The notes below the pieces were generated by a model. That model saw only the letters and a list, made by a program, of their open reading frames with translations. It was not told where the DNA came from and searched no databases. Made by a program: the position numbers and the translations under genes. From positions 96,001 to 160,000 of the forward strand of contig JBJOMY010000005.1 of NCBI GenBank assembly GCA_046052125.1: DNA of 64,000 bases. Direction: 5' to 3'. Source of the DNA: Cyanobacteriota bacterium (GTDB lineage Bacteria; Cyanobacteriota; Cyanobacteriia; PCC-6307; Cyanobiaceae). Of the stretch, positions 62,608 to 64,000 are shown in pieces (within the stretch, counting starts at the first letter, position 1; each line of letters opens with the position of its first letter).

Positions 62608-63792
62608 TTAAAGAAGTGCGCGGCGCCGATCCGCCAGCTGCCGTTGATGCCGGCTCCACACCTGCTCGATCAGGGCGCTCATCCGCTGCCGGAACCGCTC
62701 CGGCCCGAAGCGCTCAGCCCAGTTCCGCAACGACTCCGCCGGCAGCAGGGTCCACACCCGTTGCTGCTCGAAATGCTCCAGGGCCGCCACGAGCGAAGCC
62801 AACGTCTGCTCAGGGAACAGAAGGCCCGTGGGCTGATCGCAGCCGCTGCTAATGCAACGCACGCTGTCGAGCAAGCCCCCCTGACCCAGACCGATCACCG
62901 GAGCGCCTGAGGCCATCGCCTCCACCGGCGCGATGCCGAAGTCTTCCAAGCCGGCATAGACATAGGCGCGGCAGCGGGCCAACCACTGATTCACCTCGGG
63001 CTGCGGCAAGCGGCCCAGCAAGCGCACCGTCGGGCCAGCCATGGCCTCCAGGCGTTGCCGTTCGGGGCCATCGCCAATCACCACCAGCGGCAAGCCGGTG
63101 GCATTGAACGCTTCCACCACTAGATCAACCCGCTTGTAGGGCACCAGGCGGCAGAGGCAGAGGTAAACGTCGTCGCGGGGGTGATCCCAGCGGAAGCGCT
63201 CGAGATCAACCGGTGGGTGCACCACGGTGGAACTGCGGCCCCAGTAGCGGCGGATGCGGGCGGCGGTGAAGCGGGAGTTGGCGATCAGCGCATCCGGGCG
63301 CTGGGCGCTGAGCAGATCCCACTGGCGCAGCCGGTGCAGCTGCCAGCGAATCAGCGGCGAGAGGCCGCGCCGCGCCAGGGCCGACTGGCGCAGGTAGGCG
63401 TGCATCTGATCCCAGGCGTAACGCACGGGTGTGTGCACGTAGCTGAGATGACACTGATCAGGACTGGTGAGCACCCCCTTGGCCACCAGATGACTGCTGC
63501 TCAGCACCAGGGGAAAGCCAGCGAGATCGAGCTGCTCGATCGCCAGGGGCAGTAGGGGCAGGTACTGCTGCACATGGCTCACCCCCCAGGGCAAGCGCTG
63601 CACGAAGGAGGTGTGAATGGAACGCCCCGCCAACCAGCTCGCGGCGCGATTGCTTTCGCCATCCACAAGAGCCGCCAGCTGGGGGCGCTCCAGCAGGTCA
63701 TCGAGCTGTTGCACCACCAGCTCAGCACCACCCACCGAGCGGGGGGTGAACCACTCATGAACGAGTGCGGCGGGGCCCGGAAGATGTGCCAT
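62608..63792 (-). CDS. Glycosyltransferase family 4 (WbaZ-like)
   Basis: HEWF...GGAE, YVHTPVRYAWD, RLVPYKRVD, EDFGIAPVEAMASG. Confidence 0.9.
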   Translation of the reverse strand: MAHLPGPAALVHEWFTPRSVGGAELVVQQLDDLLERPQLAALVDGESNRAASWLAGRSIHTSFVQRLPWGVSHVQQYLPLLPLAIEQLDLAGFPLVLSSSHLVAKGVLTSPDQCHLSYVHTPVRYAWDQMHAYLRQSALARRGLSPLIRWQLHRLRQWDLLSAQRPDALIANSRFTAARIRRYWGRSSTVVHPPVDLERFRWDHPRDDVYLCLCRLVPYKRVDLVVEAFNATGLPLVVIGDGPERQRLEAMAGPTVRLLGRLPQPEVNQWLARCRAYVYAGLEDFGIAPVEAMASGAPVIGLGQGGLLDSVRCISSGCDQPTGLLFPEQTLASLVAALEHFEQQRVWTLLPAESLRNWAERFGPERFRQRMSALIEQVWSRHQRQLADRRRALL

Positions 63793-63908
63793 CGCAGCCA
63801 AGCTAAGGGCGGGATGTTGAAGAAGGATTGCTCAACAGATCACAAAAACTCTCAGCTGATTGCACTTCCAGCGCCAGATCTCGATGCTGACGCCAGAGCC
63901 CACCTGCC

Positions 63909-64000
63909 ATGGCGATCCGCGAGCTCCTGGAAGACGCCCTCGACGAACCCTCGATCGGGCAAACCGAACGGTTTGTCTGGCATGCAACGCCCGTGGGCAT
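63909..64000 (+). CDS. Hypothetical protein, 5' fragment running off the window
   Basis: Open frame MAIRELLEDALDEPSIGQTERFVWHATPVG after a divergent intergenic gap. Confidence 0.55.
   Translation, partial: MAIRELLEDALDEPSIGQTERFVWHATPVG

Overview
GC-rich (roughly 65-70% by eye), gene-dense core-genome segment of a picocyanobacterium (Cyanobium/Synechococcus-like, judged from cyanobacterial-type cox, ndhB, vipp1, ycf46, clpR, cyAbrB and trpC sequences). It holds about 60 mostly housekeeping CDSs: heme A synthase and the aa3 cytochrome c oxidase operon, ribE, cobT, topA, ndhB, birA, vipp1, sppA-aroH, rpmH-rnpA-yidC, ycf46, murE, rpsD, trpC-lpdA, murA, argD-folC, miaB-ddl-ftsQ-ftsZ, panB, hemW, clpR-clpP, ilvC, cbiB and sugar transferases. 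It also has three tRNAs (Leu-CAG, Leu-CAA, His-GTG) and the SRP RNA (ffs). No transposase, integrase, prophage or CRISPR array was seen. The only clearly foreign-looking insert is a low-GC MNT-HEPN two-gene module between an M23 peptidase gene and birA. Other leads are an epimerase + DUF1611 pair resembling the DgcA/DgcN D-glutamate route, a deaminase + FAD oxidoreductase pair near folC, a structured rpsD 5' leader, an EamA-GT4-ArnT-like operon and enrichment of the HIP1 octamer. I cannot support a large, clearly novel system. All calls come from motif recognition without database searches, and start codons are best estimates.
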